Source of the DNA: Sporopachydermia quercuum
Taxonomy: Eukaryota
Assembly: GCA_001599295.1 (NCBI GenBank)
Contig: BCGN01000006.1
Location: 1,054,001-1,118,000, forward strand
DNA length: 64,000 nucleotides
Direction: 5' to 3'
Both the position numbers and the translations under genes were made by a program. Shown piece by piece: positions 34,277 through 46,623 of the stretch; the stretch's first letter is position 1; each line of letters starts with the position of its first letter. Under the pieces are notes generated by a model. The model saw nothing but the letters and a program-made list of their open reading frames with translations. It was not told the origin of the DNA and ran no database searches.

Positions 34277-35220
34277 CTAGAATGATAACGTTAGTAACAG
34301 ATGTCCTAATGATGGTAATGATAATAATAGTAAACAAGAATGAGAATGAAACATAAAAAATAAAAAATAAAAAATGAAGAATGGAAAACAGCAAACTGAT
34401 TGTTATTGAGTGAAGGAAAGACTGGGAAACTTTGATCGAGTTGATTTTGGTTCTGTTCTGCCGCGTAGATTCAAATAGAATCATGAAATAGTAACAGGAG
34501 GATGTTACTCCTTCACTCAAGGCAACGTAATGTAAATATATTTTTCAAGCTGAAGTAGAGAAGCAGAAATTAAAGACTTTCTATCTCGTTTTCCATCAGA
34601 AACCATTGTCAGAGCGTACAGTAAGAATATAGTACGCTTTTACATCACGAGACCAACCAACAAGAAGGGCAGTGTGTTAAAAGTCCAATTCGGCAACAAA
34701 TTCAAGTTGCTTACCACCAAGCAATAAAATCTCACTTGATTGATTTAGCAATGACACTGAGGATAACCCCTATCAGCAGATTAACAGCATAATACAAAGA
34801 ATCAATCAACTCTGCACCCTTCTCTACGCTCTATTTCTTTTGCACTTCGACCTTTTTAACCAATCAATTCTTCCTCTTCTAACAATCATTCACTTTGAAA
34901 CTATCCCTTCATTCCTCTGGTAGCAAAAACAATTTAAAAAATGGGCTCACCTTTTCAATCTCAGATGACTTTTCAACTTAATTTCTCGTTTTTCACTTCG
35001 CACTTTACTGTAAGCTAATACAGCTAGAGTATTGAGCCCACCCTCAATCGAGATAAGCAACTGAACAACGAAGTGAGAGAACCAGAAACAAGAAAATAGA
35101 AGAAAAAAAATAAACTTCTTAAAGACCACAACACTCACAGGATCCTTATAGGTATCCTATAAGCCTATAATTGCTTTCGAAACAATGACGCAATATAGCA
35201 AAGAAAAAAAATAAACATAC
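34277..35220 (-). other. Predicted 5'-UTR intron of the YTH gene
   Basis: Perfect TACTAAC (34296-34290) followed by a TTCTAG acceptor ending at 34277. Candidate donors are GTATGT (35220), GTGAGT (35138) and GTAAGC (34714). An in-frame TAA just upstream of the ATG makes the upstream exon non-coding. Confidence 0.6.
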
Positions 35221-35693
35221 AAACAAATAGAGAAAAAGAAAGAAAAAGAAAAGAAAAAAAAAGATAAGAGATCAAACAAACTGACAATTCAGTATATGAA
35301 TTAGTTGCTCATCCAATTAACCAATACTCCATAATATAATCAGATAAATAGGGAAATGAACATAGTATGGCTTTTCTTCCTAGAGGTACAATCAAACCAA
35401 TTCACTACACTTGTAGAGGAATGAAAAAAGTGATGAAAACACTATCGAAATTCCACTCACCGGCCAGTGAATTTTATGTAATACACTGAGCGAAGTGAGA
35501 TGGGAAATGATTGCTGAACGGAGATGTGATGGTAGTGACAGAGTTGATGACTGAAATTGACGTGGATTAGGTAATCTTTCTTGTGCGAATGATGGTAAAA
35601 ATGAAATCAATGTATGTAGGGATTTTCTCCGCTTAAGGTGATCTTTGATTTGTTGATGACTCTTTGGTCGTTAATTGAAGCTCTTTCCTGGTT

Positions 35694-35694
<1 letters not shown>

Positions 35695-35727
<33 letters not shown>
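35695..35727. repeat. Poly(dT:dA) tract of about 33 nt
   Basis: Uninterrupted T run in the YTH-YPT35 intergenic region. Confidence 0.9.
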
Positions 35728-38700
35728 CACAGGATACGGTAAATTGTATACCACAGCGCTGTTTGTGATTGTATATTTTGCTAACAATAACAAGAATGAA
35801 TACAGTTGATCAGCTCAATAGTGTATTTCCATCGCATTTCATAGTAATGGCTTGTTTTTCTTCTGTTCACAGAAAATCAGTAAGAAATAGCAACCTGTTA
35901 AAGTTGCCACACTGGCAAGGCTCCTTCGTCATTAATTGTAAAATTCAGGTTTAGAAATGCGTTAAGTTAATTTGCAGGTTTGATTTCCTTTGAAAAGCAT
36001 GTGGGTAGGTAATATTGGACATCATCACGAATACTCATATTTAGTTGTAGATGATCAGGTGCACGATATAGCATATTGACGCTGTAAAAATTCTTTCTTG
36101 AAATTGCTAGTGTTTTCTATGTTGTTAAGGGTTTCATTATTTTCTTTTTGTAGCAATATTCCTCTTGCTGTTGTATCATCCGACACATCTCTTTAAGCTC
36201 TGATCACTGATCGTAGATATTATGACAAACCACTAAAACTTCCGAGATAGTTGCAGAAAGAAGATCACGTCATCATTTAGATGATATTAAGGTTAAAACT
36301 GGTAAATAGAGTTTAACGACATCACTCAACCTTAACTTTAATATGGTTCCGTAGAATTTCACAAGTTCTCGATGAGAATGAACTTGATAGGAAAACCTAT
36401 TTGACGATTCAACACTCATTCACTCCTCCTCCAAAAAGGAGTACCGAAAATCTAACCATACACGCACGATTTAGCGATATTTTGAAGAAATGAGATATTT
36501 CAAGGTAATAGCTGCTGAATGTGATGTCTGAGTCAAAAAAAAAAAATTTTGATTGCCACGTTGGAAGTTAAAGCTTTGTATTATTGGATATGTTTGTTGA
36601 TTGATTGACTTTTCGGTTGTAGATCAAATGAATTGATTATTGGTGATATAGCTTTGCTGTTTCCCAATTAAAATAAAGCATTTGAAGAATAAAGTAAATT
36701 AAATAAAAAATATACTTACCTTTATCACAATTTGAATCTTGATGGTCCAAGTGAAGATATCCGCAATTCACTGAATTATTGATAATATCCTCGTTTCGAT
36801 ACGAGTGTTCCTTGGTCAATTGAAAATGAAATAAGTACGTGTGGTTGAAATTCCTTGTAAACTACAAGTAGCCTTTATTGTCACCAGTATATTTTTGTTG
36901 GCAAATCGATATTGGTATTAATATCCGTGCAAAACAATCATTAGCAACTTTTTGATGTAGATTTCATAATTTCAATCATTGACTTGATTGATAGTAAGCA
37001 GGTAATAACATCAAGAGACTGCATGAGCGAGAGCAATGAAAGATAAATATTTCAGGAAAACAATGGCTTTAAAGGGAATGGAGAGATATATATAAAATCA
37101 AATCTGTCAAACGGTTTTTTCTGTACGTAAGATTCAATGATGTATCAGCAGGTTTCTTAACGGTTTTATGCTTTTTTGACAGAAAGGTTTTTACTGATTC
37201 TTTGTCTCTATCGAAAGATTTGGACTTTTGTTCTACGTAGTATATCGGCATGAATCTATTGGAACCAATTTAAGAGAAAACATAAGTGATTATCAGGTCA
37301 GAAATATAAAATTGAATTGTCTTACAGCGCATTGCTGATACATCAATACCAAAACATAAACAAGAACCTTGTGCTAATGTTGATAGTACTAGAATGTGGA
37401 GTGCAGAGCCTCAGAATGACTTACTGTCAACTCAATTCAATAACGCATCGCAATTGCTATAATTGTACTTAAAGGCAAAGGCGGTTAAACAAAGCCGAGT
37501 GAATCCAACAGACTGCCCTTTTGGTCAATATAGTCAAAGCCTAACCTTGCTCTACTCTTTTTCGTTCGATTGATGGAAGGAAAGGGTAGATTTCGATTTG
37601 AAGCATTGTCATGAGCGGAATTCTAGGAAAGGCAATTCCAGATTACATTAAGGTTTAATCAAGCATTTTTAAGTTTGGCACCACACTTTAAACCAGCTGT
37701 TAAACTTACTAAACTTGCGAAACTTACAACATGATTTCAATTGATTCAACTCAACAATGCGAAGGAGAATTGTTTCAATACTTTCAGTCCAAAAACTTTC
37801 ATAATATAGCAGGTAAATACAACACATCAAACTAATATCAAAAAAGTTTTCTCTGAATTATCTGGATTCAGGTATTGTAGAACGTTAAATTATTGACCGA
37901 TTCTCATTGGGTCAGATCAGATAGTGGGAACTTAACTGAGACTAAGTTCCTAAATGAAAGAAGCAATGATTAAAGTTTTTAAGTTCTCAAGAAATTTCGG
38001 TTGATGAGAATTTTACAATACATGATTTGATGGTTTTTCTTATAGTGTAAAGTCAATATAGTACTCTGAAGAGAAGCTGAGTTCTGCTAGATGAATCTAG
38101 TTTCTGACAGAATATCTCTCTCCTTGAAACAAGTTGGTTTTTTCATACAAGATCTGCGTCAGGCGATGTGTGGCAAATCGAGGATGATTATTTTACCAGA
38201 ATTCGGAAATGTCATCCAAAACTTTAAAAACAAAGTTTAGCTTTTCAATCTTAGCTTAAGGTTGGAGTTAAGAGATGATGACTTTCTTCAGGGTTATTTC
38301 CATACTTTCCTATCTCCCTAGGATAGGGAATTGAATATACGGGGTTGGACAGATTTTAACAGTCTGGAGAATTAAGCACTCACAAATGCTTCAATTACTG
38401 TTAAGTTAAATTATTCTGCAGATTAGTCTCGAAAGTTAATTCACTGAAAAATCCACAAAATCCACTAAAAAGAGGGATAATGATTTGCTTGAGGAAGCTC
38501 ATCAGCAAAGATACATTAGTCAAGTTCATTGGAGAAATAATGACTACTCAGTAGTAGTTAAAGGAAGAGGTCAAAAGGCCAAGTTGTCCTGAAAGCAGAC
38601 ACATTTTCTTCTCATGATAACCAACTAGAACGTTACTCTAGGTTCAACAGAGCTGCGACGTAGTCATATTCTTAGTCATTCGCCAACAATTGAGTAAACG

Positions 38701-40269
38701 ACTCCAACTTACTAAGCCGGTGGTATCGATCAATTCTCAATACTAACTATCCCTGCCTATTCGTGTTTCACCGTTGTTCAGCTTGTATTCTGGTTTTCAA
38801 TAGGTATTTCCAGAATATTCTAGATCGTTCAATTATTCAACCACATTTCTGTTGATGTTCAGATATTGAGATTTGACTGACCCTTCACTGGCGATATATC
38901 CGTTGAGTCTTCCTTCCTTTAAATGGTCAACTTAGGTCTGAAGGTATCGTGTCTCAGTGTCTCATACTTCTCGTACTCAACAATTAATGAAACAGTTAAC
39001 TCGTAAATCTTTCTCCGCTACCCTGGCGTAAAATGTGGCACTCACATACATCTGTTTGTTCCATTTCGTCAGTTACATATTTGCATTCTTGCCATATAAT
39101 ACAGCTTTACAACTTAGTCAGTTTAAGTTGAATTCTAGGAAACTTTATTTGGAAAAATGGTCATTGATGTTTAATAGGAGAGGAAGTTTACACACTTGGA
39201 AGGCTTGAGAAGATTGCAAATGGGTAAACTTCATCTGGTTAATAATTGTAGAACGCTAGCTGTCTATTGATCGTATAATATGTATTACTAATTAACAGGT
39301 ATTCGCTATAAGCTACGTTTGTTTTTTACTATCCAAACAGCTTTTCCTTAGGTTCAGGAAACTTTGGTAGAAACGGAACAAAGTTTGAGTCATCTCAAAT
39401 GTTAATTTTGTTCTTCTACTTCAACTGCAAAGTTAGAAGCAGTCCTATTGAGCTTTTATATTCTGTCTGAAGAAAGGACTGGATTTCACCAACCAGTAAA
39501 ACAAACCTCCAACTTTTTAATATCATACCTCCCTTTCATCCTTTCATTTCTTCACTTTCTTCAAGTAAGAATAGTCGAAATTGCCCGTAAATCATCGTCT
39601 TCCATACAGGTTTATTTAGAGTTGAGTTCAAACAACTAAAGCTAAACTATAATCAAGTTTTGCATAAATCTCTTTTCTCACCTTTCATCCAACACTAATT
39701 CACCTAGCATGGGGTACTTATACATTGAAGCGATGAACCTGCTCTGAAGCCTCACTAAACATTAAACCAAATCAGTGAGCCTTATAACTTAAAAAAAAAA
39801 AGCTTCTACTACTTAATGATTACATAAACACTTAAACATTATTCCTCCTTCTACATCTCCTGTAAGCCCCCATAACACAAACACGCACATTACATTGTTT
39901 GTTAGCTGCTGTAGTTGTAAAGCAGCAGAAATACAATCTTAGGACTATTCTTTTCTCCTTTTAATATTTTGATGACCTTGCTTATTTTAAACTGCTGATT
40001 TGAAGCTAATCAATGAGTTATCTGTCACTTAACTTATACGCATTCTTTGGTTGATTTGTAGCTTGGAACTCATATTTGCATTTTCCTACATTTGTCACTT
40101 TCAGTTGTGGTATAATAGTAACAATAGTAGTCAAAGGGATAAGCGAGGTTGATCATGACCTGTATACTGTAGCTACGAAAATCTACTCTTTCTCTTTGTC
40201 TTGTGCAGTATATTGCATAACTACTTTGAAAGATTCTGAATCAAGTAGTAATAGCCAATTCTATACTTG

Positions 40270-41043
40270 ATGGAAAGATCAGCTAGAAAAAGCGATCCCA
40301 GCAACAACGGTGAGGATAAAGATGCTATTGGACCTGATTCAATCAGCAAGTCTGGTGATACTTACTATTCAGCAGTGGCAGGATCTCCATTAGATTCAGT
40401 AGACCCTCAAATATATGTAAAACCAATAGAAGATCCTGATTTGAAAGATGAATTGGTTGAATCTGATGCAGACACGTTACCACCAAAGCTTCCTGTGAGG
40501 CCAAAGGCTAAAACAATTGAGAGGAATGGTTCCCAATCTCAATTGGAGTCCCAGTATGAATTTCAATCGGAACCCAGATCTAGTAGAAGACTAGGTAAAA
40601 ACGGACGTCAATCAATAGGATCTCTAAATGAATTACCTCCTTTACCTATCCAGATGGTAGATAAAACTGTGGAGCCTGACGACAATACAAATGCTGTTTG
40701 GGTAAGAAATGTATTTGTGGGAACTGTCAATATCATACAGGGCTCAGATTTGGTAGGTGCTTATGCCGTCTGGACCTGCGTTATAGAAACAAAATCGAAC
40801 TCGAAAATAGTTATACATAAGCGGTATTCAGATTTTGTAACACTAAGAGATTCCCTCTGTTACGCTTTTCCTCAGAGGATCAACGAGATACCCAAACTGC
40901 CACCGAAGTCACTTATGTCAAGATTTAGAGATGAGTTCTTGAACGAAAGAAGGAAAGGTTTAGAATGGTTTCTTTCGTGTATTCTACTGAATCCAGTATT
41001 TTGCGGTTCTCCTATTGTCAAAGAATTTGTTGGTTCTAAGTAG
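40270..41043 (+). CDS. YPT35: PX-domain protein Ypt35
   Basis: C-terminal PX domain (YAVWTCVIET...KRYSDFVTLR..L...IPKLPPK...FLNERRKGLEWFLSCILLNP) after a disordered N-terminus. Confidence 0.85.
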   Translation: MERSARKSDPSNNGEDKDAIGPDSISKSGDTYYSAVAGSPLDSVDPQIYVKPIEDPDLKDELVESDADTLPPKLPVRPKAKTIERNGSQSQLESQYEFQSEPRSSRRLGKNGRQSIGSLNELPPLPIQMVDKTVEPDDNTNAVWVRNVFVGTVNIIQGSDLVGAYAVWTCVIETKSNSKIVIHKRYSDFVTLRDSLCYAFPQRINEIPKLPPKSLMSRFRDEFLNERRKGLEWFLSCILLNPVFCGSPIVKEFVGSK

Positions 41044-41461
41044 ATTTGGTGTAAGGCTGCTATACGAAGGGATTTGGACTCATTTATGAATGTATTGTAG
41101 GGGAGTGGTAATATTAGGATATCAAATAGATACCTGTGCTATGTAATATATGGATGGGAAATATTACTATCAACGTAGTGTTAATATTAAAGCATCCGCT
41201 TTTTATTATACATACATATGCATATGGTATGCTTTCTATCTCTGTTGGACACTATTGTTTCTTGTGTGGTAAGTGCGATAAGGTCATTTTAGAAGGTCAT
41301 ACTGGCATAACGTACCAATGACATATGTCCCTTAATGTAAAACATCATGAAATATTTATTAACTATTATGATAGTTGTTATGAAAATACACTCGTAGGGA
41401 AGCTGCATACTGAGTTATGAATATATGCTGTATAATACGTGAATCAGTATTCAGGAGTGCA

Positions 41462-43780
41462 TTATTTTTCACTCCCTTGAAGCTCTTGGACCTTCTTAGC
41501 GTATACAACGTCTGCTATTTTCACCAAACGATGTACTCGTCTGGCCATATCACTGAGACACTTTTTATACCCATTGGCTCCCTTTGAAACGGGTCTTTCT
41601 ATCATTGGTGTATTATTGTAGAGGATTCTGTGAATAGCTTGAGAAAACTTGAAATGTACGTCTTCTTCTTGTAATATTTTACAAATGCTTTCAAGTTTCA
41701 CCGGTAAATCAGACAATGGTGTTGCTAATAATAAAAGAATATTCTTTGCCATGTTTTCTAGTTCTACTCTGTCCATCATTTCAACAGCTTGTAGATCAAA
41801 TTTATCGTATAACGAGATCTTTTCACCGGTTCTTGCCGATTTATAAGAACCCACATTTCCCTTTGATATTCTTTTTGACTTAGCAATGGCTTCTTTTTTA
41901 TTTACTTGTTCTTCTAGCTCTTTCGACTTATTCTCCATTTCTGCTAATTTCAATTGTAGCTCCTTGATTGTTGTATCTCTATTCTGCAGTTCGCTCTCTA
42001 GTAGTGTAATGACTTTCTGTGAATGAGAATGGGTATTTATGTTCACATCGTAGATAGAGTCGTTTGCATTTGGTGTTGATTTCAATTGTTCGTCCGGCGG
42101 TGTAGGAATTCTGCTGATGTTTTCAAGTCTGTATGACGAAGCGTTACGGATTCTGGCGTCTTCTATACCTAAACCGTTCAATGGTTTGGCTTGGTCTGCC
42201 TGGTGTGCTTGATTCGATTGTTTTGTTTCGTTTACCCGATTAGCCTGGTCTAATTCTGGAAGATGTTCATCTGGAGTTTTACTCTGATTATCGAGACCGG
42301 AAGCTGGTTGCCTTTGAATGCTGAAATAATCCTCAGTGGATGTCGATGGTATGACTGGATTGAGCTCTTTATAAGAAGGAGCATGATGTGACATCCTTGG
42401 TCTTCCATTGTTAGGGTCAATATAACTTTGAAAAGACGGATTCTCTGAATAGTACCGTGAAAGAATTTCTTCACCACCTGGCAGTTTCCGTAGGAAGTCT
42501 ACCAATTCTTCAGGTTCGCGTACTTCTTCCATAGAAGCCTTCTTGGAAGTTACATTGGTACGCCTTTGAAACATTTTTGTAAGAGGTTCAACTTCAGACG
42601 AATAAAAAGAAGATGTTTCTTTGGGTTGGTATTCCTGTGTATGTGGTTTTGGCTGCATAGTGTTGTTGATAGGTGCAGAGACCGACGAGGAAGGCGAATA
42701 GGAAGATAAAGAGGTAGATGTAGATGTCTGTAAGGAGTTGTGCGTATTAGTAGATAGCTGGCTACCAGCAGAACCAGGCTGTTGCTGATTCATACTATGA
42801 TTATTCCCTTTGGAGTCCGAGAGCTTTTGTAGTTCTTTCAAAATTGACTCTAGACATAGGTGTAATTCTTGGCTATTACGGTCCTTTTCTCCATGAAAAT
42901 TAACTGGGTCAACAGAATTCAAATTCTCATTGATATCAGCTTGCCCTCTTGCTGATGTATTAATCTGATTATCTGCTACTGTGTTGTTTGATTTTCCTGT
43001 ACCTTGAGGATCACCACCATTATTTATGTTGTTCGCAGCATCATTATATACAGTATAACTTTGGATGGACTGGGGGTTATAGAAATTTGCTGAGTTGATT
43101 GACGAGACAGTTGGATTTTCATTGAGTTTTCGATTTTCAGCCCAGCCTTCTGATGTTCCATCTGGCTGCGGCTGCGGTTGCGGCCGTGATGGTAGGTGCT
43201 CCCCTGTTACTTTCATAGCTGTTGTGTCCATACTTTGTCGATCAGTGGAAGGTTTGTCTGATTGGCGATCTAATTGCCCAAGATGTGGATTTGCAACAGC
43301 ATTCTGGCTTTTCTTCAGCTCCGTAATCTCAGCATCACTAACAGTTGAGTATTTAGAGTTCTGTTGAGGTGTCGAATGGGCTACAGATGTATTTTTGCTG
43401 TTATTATATCTTAGTGAAGAGCCATCTGCCTGGTTATGTAGATCATCATTAACATCAAAGACGCTGATTTCATGAAAACCAGTCATTGTATCATATACTT
43501 TGGAACTAGATTCTAAACCAAGATTTATGCTTGCCTCACGAGGCTTCTTCTTTTCAATTCGTGAAACTGGATGTAGAAAATCATTCACAGTTCTCTTTAT
43601 ATGTTTATCACTAGAATCTCTGTTAAGTTTTCTGTTGGGGACCTCGTAAATATCTATATCGTCTTCGGATGAAGATAGAAACTTGTATGAAGATGTATCG
43701 TCAGATCCAAAGTCATAACCAGAAGAATCATTCAATGATAATACATCTTCCAGCGTTACTCTATTTTTCACCTCCACCAT
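41462..43780 (-). CDS. Uncharacterised 772-aa protein: S/N/Q-rich disordered N-terminus, coiled coil and helical C-terminal domain
   Basis: Long uninterrupted ORF with heptads (LESELQNRDTTIKELQLKLAEMENKSKELEEQV). Family not recognised. Confidence 0.8.
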   Translation of the reverse strand: MVEVKNRVTLEDVLSLNDSSGYDFGSDDTSSYKFLSSSEDDIDIYEVPNRKLNRDSSDKHIKRTVNDFLHPVSRIEKKKPREASINLGLESSSKVYDTMTGFHEISVFDVNDDLHNQADGSSLRYNNSKNTSVAHSTPQQNSKYSTVSDAEITELKKSQNAVANPHLGQLDRQSDKPSTDRQSMDTTAMKVTGEHLPSRPQPQPQPDGTSEGWAENRKLNENPTVSSINSANFYNPQSIQSYTVYNDAANNINNGGDPQGTGKSNNTVADNQINTSARGQADINENLNSVDPVNFHGEKDRNSQELHLCLESILKELQKLSDSKGNNHSMNQQQPGSAGSQLSTNTHNSLQTSTSTSLSSYSPSSSVSAPINNTMQPKPHTQEYQPKETSSFYSSEVEPLTKMFQRRTNVTSKKASMEEVREPEELVDFLRKLPGGEEILSRYYSENPSFQSYIDPNNGRPRMSHHAPSYKELNPVIPSTSTEDYFSIQRQPASGLDNQSKTPDEHLPELDQANRVNETKQSNQAHQADQAKPLNGLGIEDARIRNASSYRLENISRIPTPPDEQLKSTPNANDSIYDVNINTHSHSQKVITLLESELQNRDTTIKELQLKLAEMENKSKELEEQVNKKEAIAKSKRISKGNVGSYKSARTGEKISLYDKFDLQAVEMMDRVELENMAKNILLLLATPLSDLPVKLESICKILQEEDVHFKFSQAIHRILYNNTPMIERPVSKGANGYKKCLSDMARRVHRLVKIADVVYAKKVQELQGSEK

Positions 43781-44582
43781 TTTCTATGATTTTAGCAGCA
43801 AGCGAACTAAGGAACGAACTACCAATATATCGTATAAACTACAGCTTTAACTATTGCCATTCACAAAATAATCGATTATCGTTTACACCCAATTTCCATC
43901 AAACCAATGTTAGGTTTGCATAGACTGAGCGATATAGTATCTAGCACGACTGAAGCAAAAGCACTGAGTGTTTAAGTAGCAGTATCTTTTGGAATGACAG
44001 CAAACTGGTGATATTTATATCCAACCATAGCAGGCACTTTATATTGTAGAGAACTAAACAGTTGCTGATGTCTTCATATAACTAATAGGATCCATCAAAA
44101 CAGATATCTTTATCGTTCAATTGATCATTTGATTGGATTGTGTTGTGTTTGTTTGTTTATTTTTTGATGTTTTGGTGATATCGTAAATTTCTCAAAAAGG
44201 ATGGATACAATCACAAACACGAACTTTCGTTTCAATTAAAAAATGGGTCTATTATGGGACAAATGGGGTTTGTGTTTTAGAATGTGCATGTGATATGGGA
44301 CAACTGTATTCCTGATATTATGATAGATTGAATGATATATGGATTGGAAAAAATGGAAAAGGAAGCGAGAAAGAATTGGATAGTATTAGAGACTAAATCG
44401 TATGCAAGGGTTACTGGTTTTAGAGAAGATTTGTGTGCCGAGGTGAGAGGTTTGATTGGTTTCATATTGTAATTGCCGGGGAAGCTCAGGAAATGGCAAA
44501 ACTGTGTGTTTCTACCGGACACACAGAGAACAAAGGATAGAAGAAGAGTAATTGGTAGTTCAGGGAGAAGAAATATGCTATA

Positions 44583-45370
44583 ATGGTGAATGCTGTGGAG
44601 ATTACACACATGGTCATTGACTGGCCACATTTGACGACGTTGATGTTGAAAACAGCCTTTCTTGGCTTTGTTATATTGAAAATCGGCCGCGGATTGTTCT
44701 CACCGATCGTGAATCTTTTGACGGTTGTCGGATATTGTTTGATTGGTATAAAAACAGGAGATATGAGCAGAGCCAGGTTTGAGTTAAGGAATTATGGTAG
44801 AAGGTATAAAAGATTTGTTATCATTAGTGGTCTTTTCCTTCTATTGGCTGTATATGTTTATCTAACAGCTGAAAAGCTGGATTGCTACAAGGTATGTGGG
44901 TTTTTGTGGAGAAAGCTAAGCAAATGACTCAATTGATGTGAGTGATGGCTGTGATCGTTATTAACTAGCATGATGATATCTTATTATTGAAAATTCAGGT
45001 ATTGAATGTTCCCAAGGATTCTGATTTAGAAACAATTGAGAAGGCATACAAAACAAAAGAAGTGATCTTGAACGTTCAGTTTGGGGATTTGGATAAATGC
45101 AACGAAGTTTCTTGCAATGCATCAAATAGCATATTGACAACGGTAAAGAAAAGCCATGAAATTATCAGTAATGATATATTAAGAGCTATCTACGATTATT
45201 GTGGATATGACTGTGTTAAAAGTTATCAATTGCCAGAAAACCGTGTTTTCTACCGAGCAGTTCGCAACTTCATTGTCAATCTACTTCGATGGGGATCTCA
45301 GAAGAAGTTAATCATCAAACAAAAAGCGTTATACACTCAAGTTGAAAACTTTTGTCTCATTATTGAATGA
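44583..45370 (+). CDS. Membrane protein with a degenerate J-like domain; exons 44583-44891 and 44999-45370, about 226 aa (5' end uncertain)
   Basis: AAG|GTATGT ... TTCAG| joins two ORFs in frame, creating DCYKVLNVPKDSDLETIEKAYK...VKKSHEIISNDILRAIYDYCG, a DnaJ helix pattern. Two to three hydrophobic segments precede it. Confidence 0.65.
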
Positions 45371-45866
45371 AAATCTTGACTCTTCTAACAGAAGTTGCGA
45401 ATCTCCAGAAAAGCATTTCTATACATCATGGTTAGGCTTTTTAGTGCTGAAAAGCATTTCTTTCATTCACTCAACTAATGAGCTTCACTCTTCGATAGTA
45501 AGGCGAATCCATCATCCGGTTAAGTACTATTTGAACACGCATTTCCTTTCTTTTGACTGAGAAGCTGGTAAGACAGAGCCATTGCTATTATGCTGGTCTA
45601 AGGATCAGCCGGAATAAAATTGTCACATGATATATCACGTGTTTAATGCATAAATATGTATTTGTTGCGTTTTGATGCATAGAAGTTAAAATTATTCTTA
45701 CTGGAAAGCTCCTCTCTGATAAATCATATCAATAAACATTCTTAAGGCTTGTCCTGACACATTACAACATCATTTTGCTGTTGGTATTCTTCAGCACAGC
45801 CCAGATTTATTGAGCATCAATACATAGAAAATTTTATTGTGTTCAGTGCTTATATATCCAGAAATA

Positions 45867-46623
45867 ATGGATCCATTGAAAGGCAAAGTTAGTCCTCTCA
45901 AGCAACTCTATTATAAATGGAGATCATTAAGAGACATCCCATTTCGTAAGAAATGGTTCATCGGTAAGCTATTTCTGTTTTTGATGGTATCCTTATATTT
46001 ATCAGTTGAAGTGAATATTGGCTTTTACTAACAGTTGCTTTTCAAAATAGGTTATGATCTCGATGGCAACACATTTTGGGAGTTTACAGATCAGAATGAT
46101 GGTGGACGATTTCGACGATTGGTGGAGTATCGAATTAAAAGACCTTTTGCTGAGTATAAAATTGCACGTATGTCATAATTTCATGATTGCTAGTAAGCAA
46201 ATCAGTTGAGGATTGAAGAACACTTTGTTCAGTGAACAGCTCAACTAACATAATGACTTAGCACAATGGTTGCAATGGTTAAGACATACAAGACCTCATC
46301 ATCCAACACTACAGGAACTAATAGGAGACCTGAAACGACAGGAATTATTAAAGTATCGTGTACAGCAAGCTGACAAGAAATGGAAGTCAATTCCACTCAA
46401 ACCTGAAGGGGACCTTGGAGTTGGTAAACAACAACGTATGAGTGATGTAATGGGATCCATCAATAATCAGACGTCAAATTACGAGAACAAAGAATTTGAA
46501 TTGAAACAACAACAATTGGAAGAAGCTACAAAGAATAAAGACAGTAAGCGACAGTTTGAGAAGCCTACAGAACAATTCCAGCCCAGGCAATGGTCTCAAA
46601 AGCCAGCCAGAAGAAGAGACTAA
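45867..46623 (+). CDS. NDUFAF2: Complex I assembly factor, NDUFAF2/mimitin (NDUFA12 family); exons 45867-45963, 46051-46167, 46262-46623; about 191 aa
   Basis: The spliced product contains YYKWRSLRDIPFRKKWFIGYDLDGNTFWEF...RRLVEY...IAPQWLQWLRHTRPHHPTLQEL...QFQPRQW. Introns are GTAAGC/TACTAAC/TAG and GTATGT/ACTAAC/TAG. Confidence 0.88.

Noticed and set aside
35695..39800. LINE or retrocopy ending in the poly(A) tract on the minus strand
   Set aside because: No reverse transcriptase or endonuclease motif and no target-site duplication were found in the parts I translated; a promoter poly(dA:dT) tract is simpler.
43861..44440. Ndt80 middle-sporulation elements between the two divergent orphan genes
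   Set aside because: Only bare CACAAAW cores, which are common by chance in AT-rich DNA.
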